DNA of 63,551 nt, filler included, from Phoronis australis (lineage: Eukaryota > Animalia > Phoronida): the NCBI GenBank assembly GCA_002633005.1. It is 8 parts of 8 records of this genome, joined end to end, with 100 filler letters (N's around TTAATTAATTAA, not from the genome) between each part and the next. Parts side by side here need not be neighbours in the genome. Positions count along the whole stretch, not along the records: positions 10,364 to 14,193 come from NMRA01002821.1; positions 14,294 to 31,954 come from NMRA01000197.1; 6 more parts are not named here. One strand, given 5' to 3'. The notes beneath the pieces are model-generated. The model saw only the letters and a program-made list of their open reading frames with translations. It was not told where the DNA came from and searched no databases. Made by a program: the position numbers and the translations under genes. Below are positions 10,264 through 22,736 of the stretch, piece after piece (positions within the stretch are counted from its first letter, which is position 1; every line of letters begins with the position of its first letter).

Positions 10264-11646
10264 NNNNNNNNNNNNNNNNNNNNNNNNNNNNNNNNNNNNN
10301 NNNNNNNTTAATTAATTAANNNNNNNNNNNNNNNNNNNNNNNNNNNNNNNNNNNNNNNNNNNNTTCCTTTACTTTAAAACCCGGTCGCATTGTGAGCTCC
10401 TCCAAATTTCATGAAACCCGTACACGCCATTGCAATGGTCAAAATGTTCCCTTGATCAAACCAGTCGTCACTGCGTATACATTTTTAATGGCGATTAAAA
10501 TCGCATCGCGGCACAAGTGACTTGTTGTTCAATAGATAAAAAATGAGTTCGGTATGGCTGCCTGTTTCACAAAAACATAACTTTGTCACCCCATTTTTAC
10601 ACATTCTATATGGAGATTTCACAAAAACTACACACTGGTCGCAAGTCTCCGTTTAGACTCTGTTTAACAATAACATACAAGTTATTCATTAGTGCAGGCA
10701 GGCACGCTGATGCAAAAGCATTGGGCCGGCCGAGTCAAGACTACTCGACCCTGTGCTTGTCAGCATGTCGAGTACGTTTGAACTTTGAACAATTCTACCC
10801 GAGGCAATTTTCATGTATTTGTTCCATATCAAACATGTATCAACACTTGCCTTTAGCCAGCAGAAGTGATAAACTATCTCGTTACAACATGAAAACAATG
10901 AAATAAAACTGATTACAGTTTATCGAAGTCTTTGTTTATTTTTAGTTACGGGTAAAATGATTTTCTGGGCCACATGGCCAGACGGGTGCTAATAAAGTGT
11001 TTTGTGCTGTTTTGTGTCCCCTTCTTCAATCCATCACTTTAGTTCAGTTTGGGTTTTGACATATTTTACAAGCTTTGAATGCGGTGACCCGACCAATGTA
11101 CCTACATTATGAACGATCTTCAAAAATAGACCCTAATGGACCTCAAACATGTCCCGACAATGTGAACACCGTGAAATGGTAACCCTGATGGAGTCAGTGA
11201 AATGATCGGATGCAGTGTTTTGTCCAGGTTTGAATTCTGCTAAAGTGAAATGGCAGAATCGGGTGTTCACGATGACATTTCAAGCCTTCAGAAACGCGTG
11301 GAATACTTCCTCGGAAAACATACCCTAATGGAGTGGCTATTGTGAAAATGGAACATCTTATTACCAATACTGCTGAGAAATATACTCACGACGCGTACCG
11401 CACCCGAAAAATGGTCCTTTCCATTCGTTGCTTTCGCATAAACACCCCACCCCGCCTCTCTTAATTCTTAAAGCAAGTGTCTGCAGCAGGGGTTGTGGCA
11501 ATAAAAATTAACAATTGCATAATGTGTTTGGTCTTTCAAGTTGATAAACAGTGCCATCTATCTAGTCTCTAGTAAAAAGAACCTTTTGGAAATTGTAGAA
11601 CCGCCGAACGAAATCCTTTTGATAATTATACAGCTCTACAAACCAA

Positions 11647-12244
11647 GGGCCCCTTCCAAGAAACTGACTTAAGTTCATTTTTGATTTAAGTCTAATATTT
11701 GTCTCAACTTCCACATTAATTAAGTTAGTCAAAATTAAATATGTTTTTGCATGCTCCTAATTATCCTAATGTTTAGCTGGAACTAAACGACGGTGCTATT
11801 TAAACATCATCTACTACGCTAAAGAAAGTGCAGTTGTATTCAAAAGACAACTTGTATAAAATAATGTGAAAACAAAAAATCTGCAAATAGGTTGTCTTAG
11901 CGCTAATGACGTACCTTTGGGAGCTCGCATATTCCCCAACACCACGTCACGATACTGACCGGACACGGCTGAGTGATATACAGCGGATTATTTTCGACGC
12001 AGTTTTTAAAAACATTTGGCAACGTTCAACCTACTTCATATTCACATGGTCGTTATATGTTGTGTGTTTTTTAATTAATTTGACCAAGCAATCACAGAGA
12101 TAAGGAATTAGCGTGCAAGTCAAACACTTAAGTCAAACTTAAGATTTATTTCTCGTCTTGAGACAAACTATAAAAGTTTTATCTTAAAATTGATCGAAAT
12201 TTAAGATTTATCATAGCTAAGTCAGTTTTCTTGGAACGGGCTCC
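11647..12244. mobile_element. MITE with PIF/Harbinger-like TIRs
   Basis: GGGCCCCTTCCAAGAAACTGACTT...AAGTCAGTTTTCTTGGAACGGGCTCC; inner inverted match TTTGTCTCAA/TTGAGACAAA. Confidence 0.6.
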
Positions 12245-14293
12245 AGACCCAGAGGTCTGCGTGTTATCGGTCTTTGTTTTACAGGTCTGCAGCGGTTTTG
12301 AGACGTCCCGATTCGAAATACCCAAACGCTATGAACTTAAAGCGGTTATTCATGTCACCGTGGACCTTGTCCAAGACAAGACGCAACATTTCCTATTTGA
12401 TATCTTTGAGTAATTCAAAAACTGACGTGCTCTGAAATTGCACTTTTGAATTTGAGACTGAATAATTTGCTATGTAAATCTGTACACATTTAAATTTCTT
12501 GAACTTTCGGAACAAAACATGCTTCAAAGATTTTAAGAACTGGTGGCCCCTGACAAAGGTTTGACGGGCGCCCAAGGCCTAAACATAGCATTGACTCTAG
12601 TCAAAGGCGAAGGGTTTTGAAAGGGCGTCGTCTCGGCTACTGAATAAAGTTAACAGAACTGATAAGTAGGGATCTTGCTCACTTCCAGTTTGAAGGACCG
12701 CTATTTTTTAATTTTATGTTTATAGAGATCGACTAAAAAGGCTAAAAACACGTTTTATAGTAAAAAAGTCGCCAAGTTGACCAAAGAGGCGCATGGTTCC
12801 ACGTTATACGTCCACAATAATAACGTAGTTGGATTGGCAGGGTGGCGGACAATCTTCCTTCCTGGCAGGCAGCAGGTGTGCTCTCTTTAACAACACCCAC
12901 TTCTTTTCTCACCAGCTGAAGTTATTTTCTCATGTGACACAATTGCATTCATACAAATTAATTTATGTTCGGATACTGTTGTGCTCAGTTGCAGTGTACA
13001 GACACATTTGATGCGGTGTAATAGTTGCATAGTTTTAAGTACGCGCAAATTGAGCCTCATCTGTCAGATGTGAAAGGAAATGCGATTTGTGAGAAATGAG
13101 CTGTGTTCGGAAAATTACGGTTTATAAGAAAGGAACAAAGATAGTCTGCAAATAATGTCCAAAAGTAAAAATGCAATGTGCCTATTTAAGTCCTTTTTAA
13201 AGTCGAAAACAATAAGACGACAATTTTGTTGTAACACTCAAACGAAAATGTACTGGAGGTACAAGTTGCACACGTGATTTCTGCATGCACACTTGAGCAT
13301 GCTGTGTAGAATTCTGCCCATTTTGACTCTTATTCTGTTTGGCCCTATTTGCTTCAACGGGTCACGAAATGGTCAACTTCAAGTTAAATATAAAATAAAA
13401 ATGAAATAGTTCATTAAATCAAAGGTAACACCTATGCGATGGATTCTGACCACAGCATAACCACAGAAAACGAGAAGTGCAGCTTGACTTAATCCCCGAC
13501 TCGAATTTTGTGACCGTCGCGAAAATAAATCAAAACATTCGACAGCCGCTACTGTATGAAACGGGGTGTGCCAAGGTGATCTCTCCAAACTTTATCAAAT
13601 CCCTTTTTAAAATCAACAAATAAACGATAAGGTTTGCGTCTCTAGTAGTACGTAAGCCAACGGCATATTCGAGAAAAACAACACTCAGTTTTATATAATG
13701 TAAATTCCCAGCAGCTGATTTGATGATAGTCCAACAGTGATGGGCCTGACATTTGTCTGTTTTTATTGTTGTCGTTGCACTTGCTTACGTTAGTAACGAC
13801 AGACGTTTTGTAATACTCATAGGTAATGGAGCATATTTAGTCATTGAAAGACGAGTTTCTTGGCGTTTATGATGTTTATTCGTTGAAAATACACCAAGTA
13901 TATAATTCTACCGTGCAGGCCATTGTGATTAAATAAAATTAATAATCTCATAAGCGATCAGTATCTTAACCATTGTAATTAAAAATTCACTGAGCACGTG
14001 TTGAGTATACAAAGCTAAAATGCTCTGTATATCTCACGGTTAAATTTGTTCGCTAACATTCATACCTTTACAGTCATTTATGTACACAACTATATAAATA
14101 AATCGCCACAAAAACACAGACGTGTGATGTACTTAACATGGTCACAAATTTTGCCGCGGCAATAATGGACTATTAAAACATAAAAGTACAACCNNNNNNN
14201 NNNNNNNNNNNNNNNNNNNNNNNNNNNNNNNNNNNNNTTAATTAATTAANNNNNNNNNNNNNNNNNNNNNNNNNNNNNNNNNNNNNNNNNNNN

Positions 14294-14641
14294 AGTTACA
14301 TTATTACTGAATGGTAGTCCTAACCTTGACTTTGTTCTTAACGAATTCCTCCTAAGCAACGTTAGCAAATTTTTATATACCGTTTATCAATATTGTTGCA
14401 TCTGATTTCCCTACATGAATCTGTAAATATTTTTGTTTTTATATATCTGTAATAGCATGTCTAAGTATTGGAATACTTATTTTAGATACTACTTAATTGT
14501 ATATATCTCTATGTATATAAGTTTCATTTATGAATTGTTTACAACCCAGATATAATGCTTCGCGGTTTCTGGGTTTGTTATTATTTCTTTGTATGTTCTG
14601 TGTATCCTTCAATAATTATATATCACAGTGAAAAAAAAAAA
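14294..14641 (+). mobile_element. 3' end with poly(A) of the same LINE family as 17466-23052
   Basis: Roughly 95% identical by eye to about 22720-23050; ends in an A11 tail; left end runs into an assembly gap. Confidence 0.9.
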
Positions 14642-15109
14642 CTTACAATATTTCCGCCATCTTTGACAGGAAGTCAACGATTTTCTGCACGCTTGTAGCA
14701 CATGCGTTTCAGTATAATCGTACTGATTTTCAGCTATGTACGTTGAAAAATGCGGCTTCTACGAGCATTTGACTGTGAAATCGAATACATAATGGCCGCC
14801 ACGTACGACATTTTGAATGCGATCATGTCTAAAAGCGATAGGCTTCCAGGACTTTGAGATCTACACGTCGTGTGCAAATTTCGTGAAAATCGGACGAAAA
14901 TTGCGACCTGTAGAGTGATCGTTCTAAGGCTAAGTGTCACTGCTGTGCTGTGGATTGCAACTCTGACGGTAGAAAGTTGGATAAAGTGTACAGATATCTC
15001 TGGATGCGTACATTGCCTTTCAACATGAATCAAAGACAAGCGGAGCAAGTTGATAAAACAAATTCGTTGTTTATTTTGATCCAAACAAAATCCGCTCGCT
15101 TGGTGATGC

Positions 15110-15565
15110 CTTTTTATGCGTCCACATATTTATATGTGCGTGCATATTGCCGTCATTTCTGTCTGGACGTCCGGGCGTCTGGCAGCCGCGACTGTATCTC
15201 CTAAACCCCTTGCAGGATGTTACTGAAATTTGGCGGGTATGTACCTATGGGGTTGACGACAGCGGGCAACGAGTTTCGGACCGACTCCAATACCGCTGTT
15301 CCCCCTGGTGGCATGTTTAGTTGTTTACGTTTGCCTCTGTATCTTGAAAGGTCCTCAACCGATTTTCATGAAATTTGGCACATAGGCATCTATTAATGAG
15401 GTGACACTATCCTTTCGTTTTCGGATGGATTCGAGTTAATTTGTGCCAGATAATGGCCATTTTTACTGTTTTTGAGTCTGTTTTTGGCATCTATCCCTCC
15501 ATCAATCGTTGCTACGTTATTGTAAACCTCATCGAGGCCGAGAGCTTCTTATAGGCACAATTCTT
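15110..15565 (+). mobile_element. Helentron/HINE-like element
   Basis: Starts in a T-run with short inverted repeat TATGCGTCCACAT..ATGTGCGTGCATA, then GTCY-type simple repeat and GAAATTTGGC core motifs. Confidence 0.5.
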
Positions 15566-16383
15566 AAAATAAAGATTCAGTGTAGAACACTTTTCAGCAC
15601 ATTTAGCCTAAAATTTCTGATCAACTTTATTCTTGTGTTTGGTATCGTTTTTGTAGAGAACAAATGTGTGCGTGTGCTCATGCATGCGTGCATGTAAAAA
15701 TGTAGTTAAGCTATCACATACATGTACATGTACGTATAATTGGTGGCAACAAGGCATTATACTGATCTGATGTCATCTTTGTACATCACTGCTTTTGATG
15801 TAGATTTCAGAATATGAAGCGGTTCATCCAATCAGAAGCTGGAGCGACAGCGACGTGTTGGTTCACATCGCCGTTGTTATGTATTTACTCACAACAGGAT
15901 GCCCCGTGAACCAGTAGTGGTTCTACATACGGCTCTGACAGATAAGATATCAACCAACATCCAGGTACCCTAACTGAATTAGTAAGTGCATGAAGTCGTA
16001 TGAATTCAGGTGATTTTTTGCAGTAAACCGATTAACTCCTTTTTAAGGCTATATAGGACCGTAGATTAATGTTCATTGGCCAGCGTATCTCAGTCATTTG
16101 TGAATGAGTTACGGTGTTATATATATGTACAAAGTGAATGAGGGACCAGCATGATCTCATATTGGGCGTTTTCAATAATCCCATGCATGCCAATTACTCT
16201 AATTGTTCACATGGTATACTATCCTACGGGCCGTCATTCATTTCCTCAATGACATTAAGGCCTTCGTGGCCAACTGATCGCAGTATAAAATTCTGATGGT
16301 GGTTTGAACTCATTGTCTGAGTCACTATCTAACCCATCGTATTCATTGCAATCTATCATGTCAAGGTATGCTAAGTTTAGTGT

Positions 16384-17460
16384 ATGATGCATTTCCACAC
16401 AATACTTCAAAAAACCGCAAAATACTTCGAATCCATCCCAAAGCGGAAACTTGTCATTGTTTATTTAATAGAAAGCTATTTACCAAATCCAATAAAATCC
16501 GTCGAGGAACTTAAAAGTAAAAGGGGAAAACAAAAAAAAATGAAATTGCCACCAGGGGGCACAGATTCATTGGAAAGTCATCGTAGTCCGTTGTTAACTT
16601 CACATAAATACACTTACTAAATTTAATCAAGATACTGCAATGGGCTTAGGAGATACAGCTATGGGCGCAAAAGCAAAACTGCCACTAGGAGGTGCCACAG
16701 TAGTCGATGTCGTTGGAAAATCATCATTAACCGTCGTCTTCACACTAAAAACATATATGCTAAGTTTCAAAATTATGCTTTGAGTGGTTTGGTTGGCAGA
16801 GGGGCAGACGTCCAAAACAGACTAGGAAACAATAAAAATGACCCTTAGATGGCGTAAAATATGTCAAATCATCAAAAAAAACGCCGTTTCTGTAATAGAA
16901 AGCTGTTTACCAAATTTCATAAATATCCATCAAGGAACTTCAGAGGAACAGGGGAAAACGGAAAAAAATGAAATTGCCACTAGGTGGCATATCGTTTGTT
17001 GGATCCGTCTGAAAGTCGTCGTCGTCCGCTGTCAACTTCATATAAATACACTTGCTAAATTTAATATAGATCTTGCAATGGGTTTAGTAGAAACAGTCAT
17101 GGGCGCTACTAGGTGCCACTAGGAAGAGCCAAAGTAGTCAAAGTCATCGGAAGGCTATTATCAACCGTTCTCTTCACTCTGAAAGCGTATATTATGTCAA
17201 TTTTCATAATCATTCTATGGATAGTTTGTTTGATAGAGGGCCAGACTCGAAAACAGTAAAAATGGCCACTGGGTGGAACAAAATATCTCAAATACATCCG
17301 AAAATGGGAGGATAACGCCATCTCCCTAATAGATGGTTATGTGCCAAATTTCATGAAATTCCGTTGAGACTGAGCTTTGAAGATACAGAGGTAAATGTAT
17401 AAAACTAGGATTGCCACTAGGGTGCACACCAGTTGTTGGATCCATCCGAAATATGTCGTC
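16384..17460. repeat. Dispersed repeat built from about 430-bp tandem units (HINE core-like); inverted relatives at about 45590-47430
   Basis: AAATTGCCAC at 16543 and 16971, related at about 17408; 16838-16985 is homologous to the reverse complement of about 45960-46120. Confidence 0.7.
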
Positions 17461-17547
17461 ACCTGTTACATGGGCTCATAAAAACCCGTGTTCCATTCAG
17501 AAACTGATGAGGTACACATCTGAATACGGCTGACCGACAAGTCAGAG

Positions 17548-17928
17548 ATGACTGCATGGCAAATTAACCCCCAACAAATCAGCAGATCCCACAGATTCGG
17601 GCCCAAACTACGTAAACATGTAGCTAGAGATTCGCGAAAAGATCGCCCTATCATCTGTAAGTTTGTGTCATATAATACCAGTGCTGCTTTCCTTCACAAT
17701 AGAAGTCTACTCCGCAAACTGAACTTACCATCCCCGATCTACATCAATGAAAATCTCACAAAACAACGGTCCCTTCTGTACGCCCGCTGTCTCCACCTTA
17801 TACAATCAAAGACCATCGCTAAAACGTGGACGCATGACGGTAACGTAACAATACAGCTGCATGATAACAGGATAAAGCATGTTTTCTCAGAAAGTGACCT
17901 TCTAGTGTTAGAAAACTGTGAAGTTTAA
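17548..17928 (+). pseudogene. LINE ORF1 C-terminal fragment (L1/Transposase_22-type RRM-CTD)
   Basis: HR.G, RPII.KF, I.INE.LT and W..DG motifs; 5' part missing. Confidence 0.8.
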
Positions 17929-19347
17929 ATTGTATCCTGCTCTCTCGTCTTATTGTAGTTCACATCCAATTACTCACTGGTGACATCCCTTACTTTGTTT
18001 GCGTTCACTCACCCCACCCCCCATGTCTTGACAGGATCAGGTAATTGTCCTGTCCACTGATACTTATTCAGTTTTCTCCCTTATGTAATACCAGATCACG
18101 CTCAAGTTACCACTCTATCAGTGGCGGTGCACTCTATACAGGTCCGTAGCGATCACAACACCTTATATTGACCACAGGCAATGGTAATGCATCGAATTCT
18201 AAATCTGCATCTAAATCATTCATGTTTGGAGCATGGGTTTTGTTGCTTATTGCCTCTTACTGTTTCCCAGTTGCACCCTTACCAAAAATGTAGTATAGTA
18301 TCTTTGCAACTGCCTACAGTATGCATTAAGGTGGTATTTTTGGTTGTCGTTAAAACATGTTTCCCACATTTTTATTGAATGTGTGACGGAATCGTACATT
18401 GCATGATATTCACATAAGACAATGATTCTTATGTGTGAGCTCGGGCCTTACTGGCTGTCCCTTATATAATTATTATTTCTTTCTGACTGTTGTGTTTCTC
18501 AGAACGTTAATTTTGTGGACAACTCCATAACAATTTGTCTGTCAGGATAAAGTTACACGTCACTGATTTTGTGTGGCATTTCTTTTCGGTCATGTTATTG
18601 ACACCTCTCACTCACTATAATATTGATTTTAATTTCTAGGCACTTGTTCTGTTCTCTGTCAGTCAGGTGCAGAATCTACAACTACATGTGATTTTTGTTG
18701 TGGGTTCCAGAATGATTCCCCATATCATTAATTAGTTATTACTGTTTTAGCTTGCCCGTAAAAATGTCACGTTGAGCACTGTCTGTCACCATAATTTAGT
18801 TTATAATGAGTTTCAAGTTGAAATAATCCCTGTGAAAACTGGTATTTCAATCTGTGAGAAAGTTTACTTCAATTCAGAAGACACCACCGAACACATGAGC
18901 TGATCAGTCATTACTGGGTGGCCTATAGTGGTAAGAACTCATAGCCTTTTATCAATTCTAAAACGTGTTACAGTTAAGTTATCCATAGTGAGAGATCTTC
19001 AATACATCTTTTCGTGTTTTCTTCAGCGAATTTGAGTGTTCAAACTCTTATTTTCCACCTTCTTTTGTCCGTTACTATTTGGTCATATTTCCTCTGTACA
19101 TATCTTTAGGTCAACCATTATCTAGATGTTTTGTATTCACTTGCAACAGAACTAACTGGTTTCCCAAGATTGAATTTATATGTTGTGCTTTTCAACTAAG
19201 TTGCTATTTATGTACCTGTAAGCAAGCCTATGATATAATTTTGTTTTTAAAAATGACTCCCCTAATTGTCCAGACTACCTTCTTCAACTAACAACCCTTG
19301 AATTTTCAACAAGCATTGGTGTATAAATTGTTAAATACGGCTGTCCT

Positions 19348-22300
19348 TTGAGGGCCTGGAGTAGTGTGAGTTTCTCTGGTCTTACAATGTTTTCCCCCTC
19401 ATGGTCACAGTTCAATTCCTCTCACCGGCATCGAATGAGATATCACGCTATGCGGGTTCAGCTTACTGATATGTCTTACTATTGTTTATATAACATCTGT
19501 ATGGATTACGGAATCGTCATTGGCATGTGTCTTCTTTTAGCTGGCGATGTTGAAGAAAATCCTGGGCCTGAAGACAATACTACCTTTAAAATCTTATTTT
19601 CAAATATTAACAGCATTAAATCCAACAATTTCTCCAGATTCCAACTTTTAAAAAACTTTGTTCTGTCTTACGATTATATGATTGTCGCTCTTTGTGAAAC
19701 TTGTAATGTTACCAAAGACGACCTTGATAATGAACTAATTATTCCTGGTTACAGTGTAGCGTATCACAATAACAGTGTCCGTGGTATCATCTCATTCACT
19801 AAAAACACACTCTCATTTAAATTATGTCCTAGCTTAACTTGTCCTCAGTTATGCAACTGCTGGATCGAAATTTATTTCGATCACAAAAAAATTACTATGG
19901 GTTGTTTTATCGCTCACCTTCTCAATCTCCAACTGAAAGAAAACTCTACTTCAAATCCCTAGCCGATCAGTTAGAGGAACTTAACCGCAATAGCGTTAGT
20001 ATAATCATAAATGGTGATTTCAATACCCGAAACTCTACATGGTACAATGATGATCATGACAACACGGCCGGACTACAATTGTTTGATATTTTATTGTCTA
20101 ATGACTGCATACAACTAATTAATGAGCCAACCCGTATCACCGACGTTTCACATTCATGTATTGACCTCTGTATAACAAACAATTTGAGTATCATTGACTT
20201 ATGTTTTGTACTACCTCCTGTTGGCAATTCTGATCACCACACTATCGAAACCACTCTAACACTTAAAAAACCGGTGAAAGAACAACACACAATTCGAACC
20301 ACCTGGGAACATGATCAGGTCGACACCGATAAACTGCGTCAAGATATCACCAACACTGACTGGGATTCCATATTGAACACTGGCTACATTGATGACACTG
20401 TTTCACTCTTCACTAGTACTCTCTATGAAATCTTAAAAAACAACATCCCATCAACTGAAAAGATAATTAAACACAACAGACAACCGTGGTTCAACAGTAA
20501 TGTTAAACGGGCAATCCACAAAAGAAACAGACTTTACAGCTCTTTCAGAAGATCTAACAACACTATAATCTACAACAGATACAAGGAGCAGTCACGTCTG
20601 GTTGGAACTTTAGTAAATCAAGCCAAAGCTGATCACCGACACAAGCTTTTTCAACAAATTAACAGCGCAAGCAAGAATTCCAAAGAATACTGGAACATCA
20701 TCAATAAAATACGCGGCAGTCAACAGCAATCCTCCTATCCTGTCATCAACTATAATGATAACCTAGCCACACGTAGTAGTGACAAGTGTGATTTGTTTCT
20801 CAAATTTTTCACGAACAAAAGCCACATTACACCAACTGAAGTAAGTAACTTTCCTTTTCTTCGTGAACGTTGTCTCAATCAACTGTCTGACATCCCAGCT
20901 AATCAAACTGATGTCCGAAAGTATCTCAATGAAATTGACCCCAATAAGAATGATGGCACAGCTTTAATAAACAGCAAGATGATCAAAATGGTTGCCAACG
21001 AAATTACCATGCCCCTGACCAATCTGTTTAACAAACTTCTTCAGCTAGGCATTTATCCGTCTTCTTGGAAACATGGAATTATGGTCCCTATACACAAAAA
21101 AGGCTCCAAAACTGAAATTTTAAATTATCGCCCAATAACATTACTTAACACCCTGTCCAAAATCTTTGAGACGATCATTGCTCAAAGTATTCTTGCATTT
21201 CTCAAACAAAACAACTTGATCTATCACCGTCAATTTGTTTTTTTTTGCGTGGGAACAGCACCGTGGCAAAATTTGTTGAAATAGTACATGAGATTCATTT
21301 ACATTTTGAGAAGGGCGAGAGTGTCAGGTCCATTTTTTAGATATAGCTTCTGCTTTCGATTGTGTCCCTCACGACCTTCTACTTCACAAACTTTGATCCT
21401 ATGGCATTACTGCTAATCTTTTAAACATGATCACCTCATATCTCTCCGAAAGAACATACAGTGTTCGTGTCGACGGCGTACTTTCAACTTTATCCCCTCC
21501 TGGATTTGTAAACGCAGGTGTACCGCAGGGTAGAGTATTGGGCCCTCTTCTCTTCCTGGTTTATATGAATGACCGGCTTCCTGATAACCTGTCTTGTAGC
21601 AAATACCTTTATGCAGATGACACGGCGCTTTTTTACCCCTTCGCAGGGAGCAGCCCTGAATGTTCTTTGCAGCTTCAACACGACTTAAATAAACTAAGCT
21701 ATTGGTCACAAGAATGGAGAATGAATTTTAAACCAGAAAAAAGCGTTGACCTCACCTTCTCCAAATCTATTAATGCTCCCTTCCTTGTTGACCCGTCTTA
21801 TGACCTTAAACTTAATGATGAAATCATTCCTACAAAACAGTCGCACAGACATCTGGGTATACTGTTAGATGAAAAACTCTCATTCACCCCTCACGTTCGG
21901 GAGCTCGTACAGAAAACTCAGGAACTAATTAACCCACTTAAGCTTGTCTCTTGTCATCTGAATTCTACACATTTAGAAGTTTTGTTCAAATCTTTTGTAC
22001 TTCCACACATTGATCATTGTGATATTATATATCAGTCTGCTATTACGGGTGCACTCCAACATTTGGAGAAGTTACAATATCAAGCCGCCTTACTCATAAC
22101 CGGAGCTTACAGAGGATCCAATAGTGTTAAGGTTTTGAATAGTCTCAAGTGGCCCAAACTGTCCACTCGACGCAATCTTCACATGACCTCATTTACTTTC
22201 AAGGTAATAAACAATGTCAACAACGTGTCTGTCAAAAAAATATTTGATCTATATACTAGACAATGCCATCGTAGTGATTTGAGATCCTCCACCCCTTATG

Positions 22301-22736
22301 CAATTCCTCCGTCGTTCAGTCAGGCATTCAGAAGGTCTACAGTCATGATGTGCATCAACAACTGGAATTCTCTTCCAGTTTCTGTTAAGGAAAGCAACTC
22401 TTTTACGAGTATAAAAATAATTTTAGAACTGTTTTTCATAATTTTGATAACTCAACACCCTTGACTCAATTCTCCCTTACCCGCGATAACGAAATAGCAT
22501 TGTACAGATCAAGATGTGGCCTTTTCCTCAACTCTGATAAGTTCGGGCACAACTTTAGCAATGTCTCTCCAAACTGTAAATGTGGTGACCATCGATCTTA
22601 TCCTCATATTTTCTTCAAATGTCCGCTCATCGAATCCCTGAGAGACTCACTCTTTCGTGCACTCAATGATAACCAATCAATTGTTAACGCTCTCAATTCT
22701 TGTAATAATATCCTACTAGAGTTACATTATTACTGA
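19348..22736 (+). pseudogene. LINE ORF2 (2A-APE endonuclease-reverse transcriptase), broken by frameshifts and a stop
   Basis: ORF pieces 19348-19962, 19839-21284, 21427-22464 and 22461-22736 tile one polyprotein; in-frame TGA near 21394; one shift lies in a T-run at about 21238-21247. Confidence 0.92.
19531..19569 (+). other. 2A-like StopGo peptide LLLAGDVEENPG/P
   Basis: Exact D(V/I)ExNPGP consensus directly upstream of the endonuclease domain. Confidence 0.92.

Noticed and set aside
10264-10363. N44-TTAATTAATTAA-N44 motif (also at 14194, 31955, 48939, 52175, 58431 and 61492) and the plain N gap at 44323-44508
   Set aside because: Artificial scaffold spacer with stops in all six frames; not biological. 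Contiguity across these gaps is unverified.
11389-12790. Candidate MDM2 first exons ending at minus-strand donors near 11389 and 12681
   Set aside because: The 11389 ATG frame ends in phase 2, incompatible with the phase-0 exon at 8766; the 12681 candidate is non-coding and unsupported
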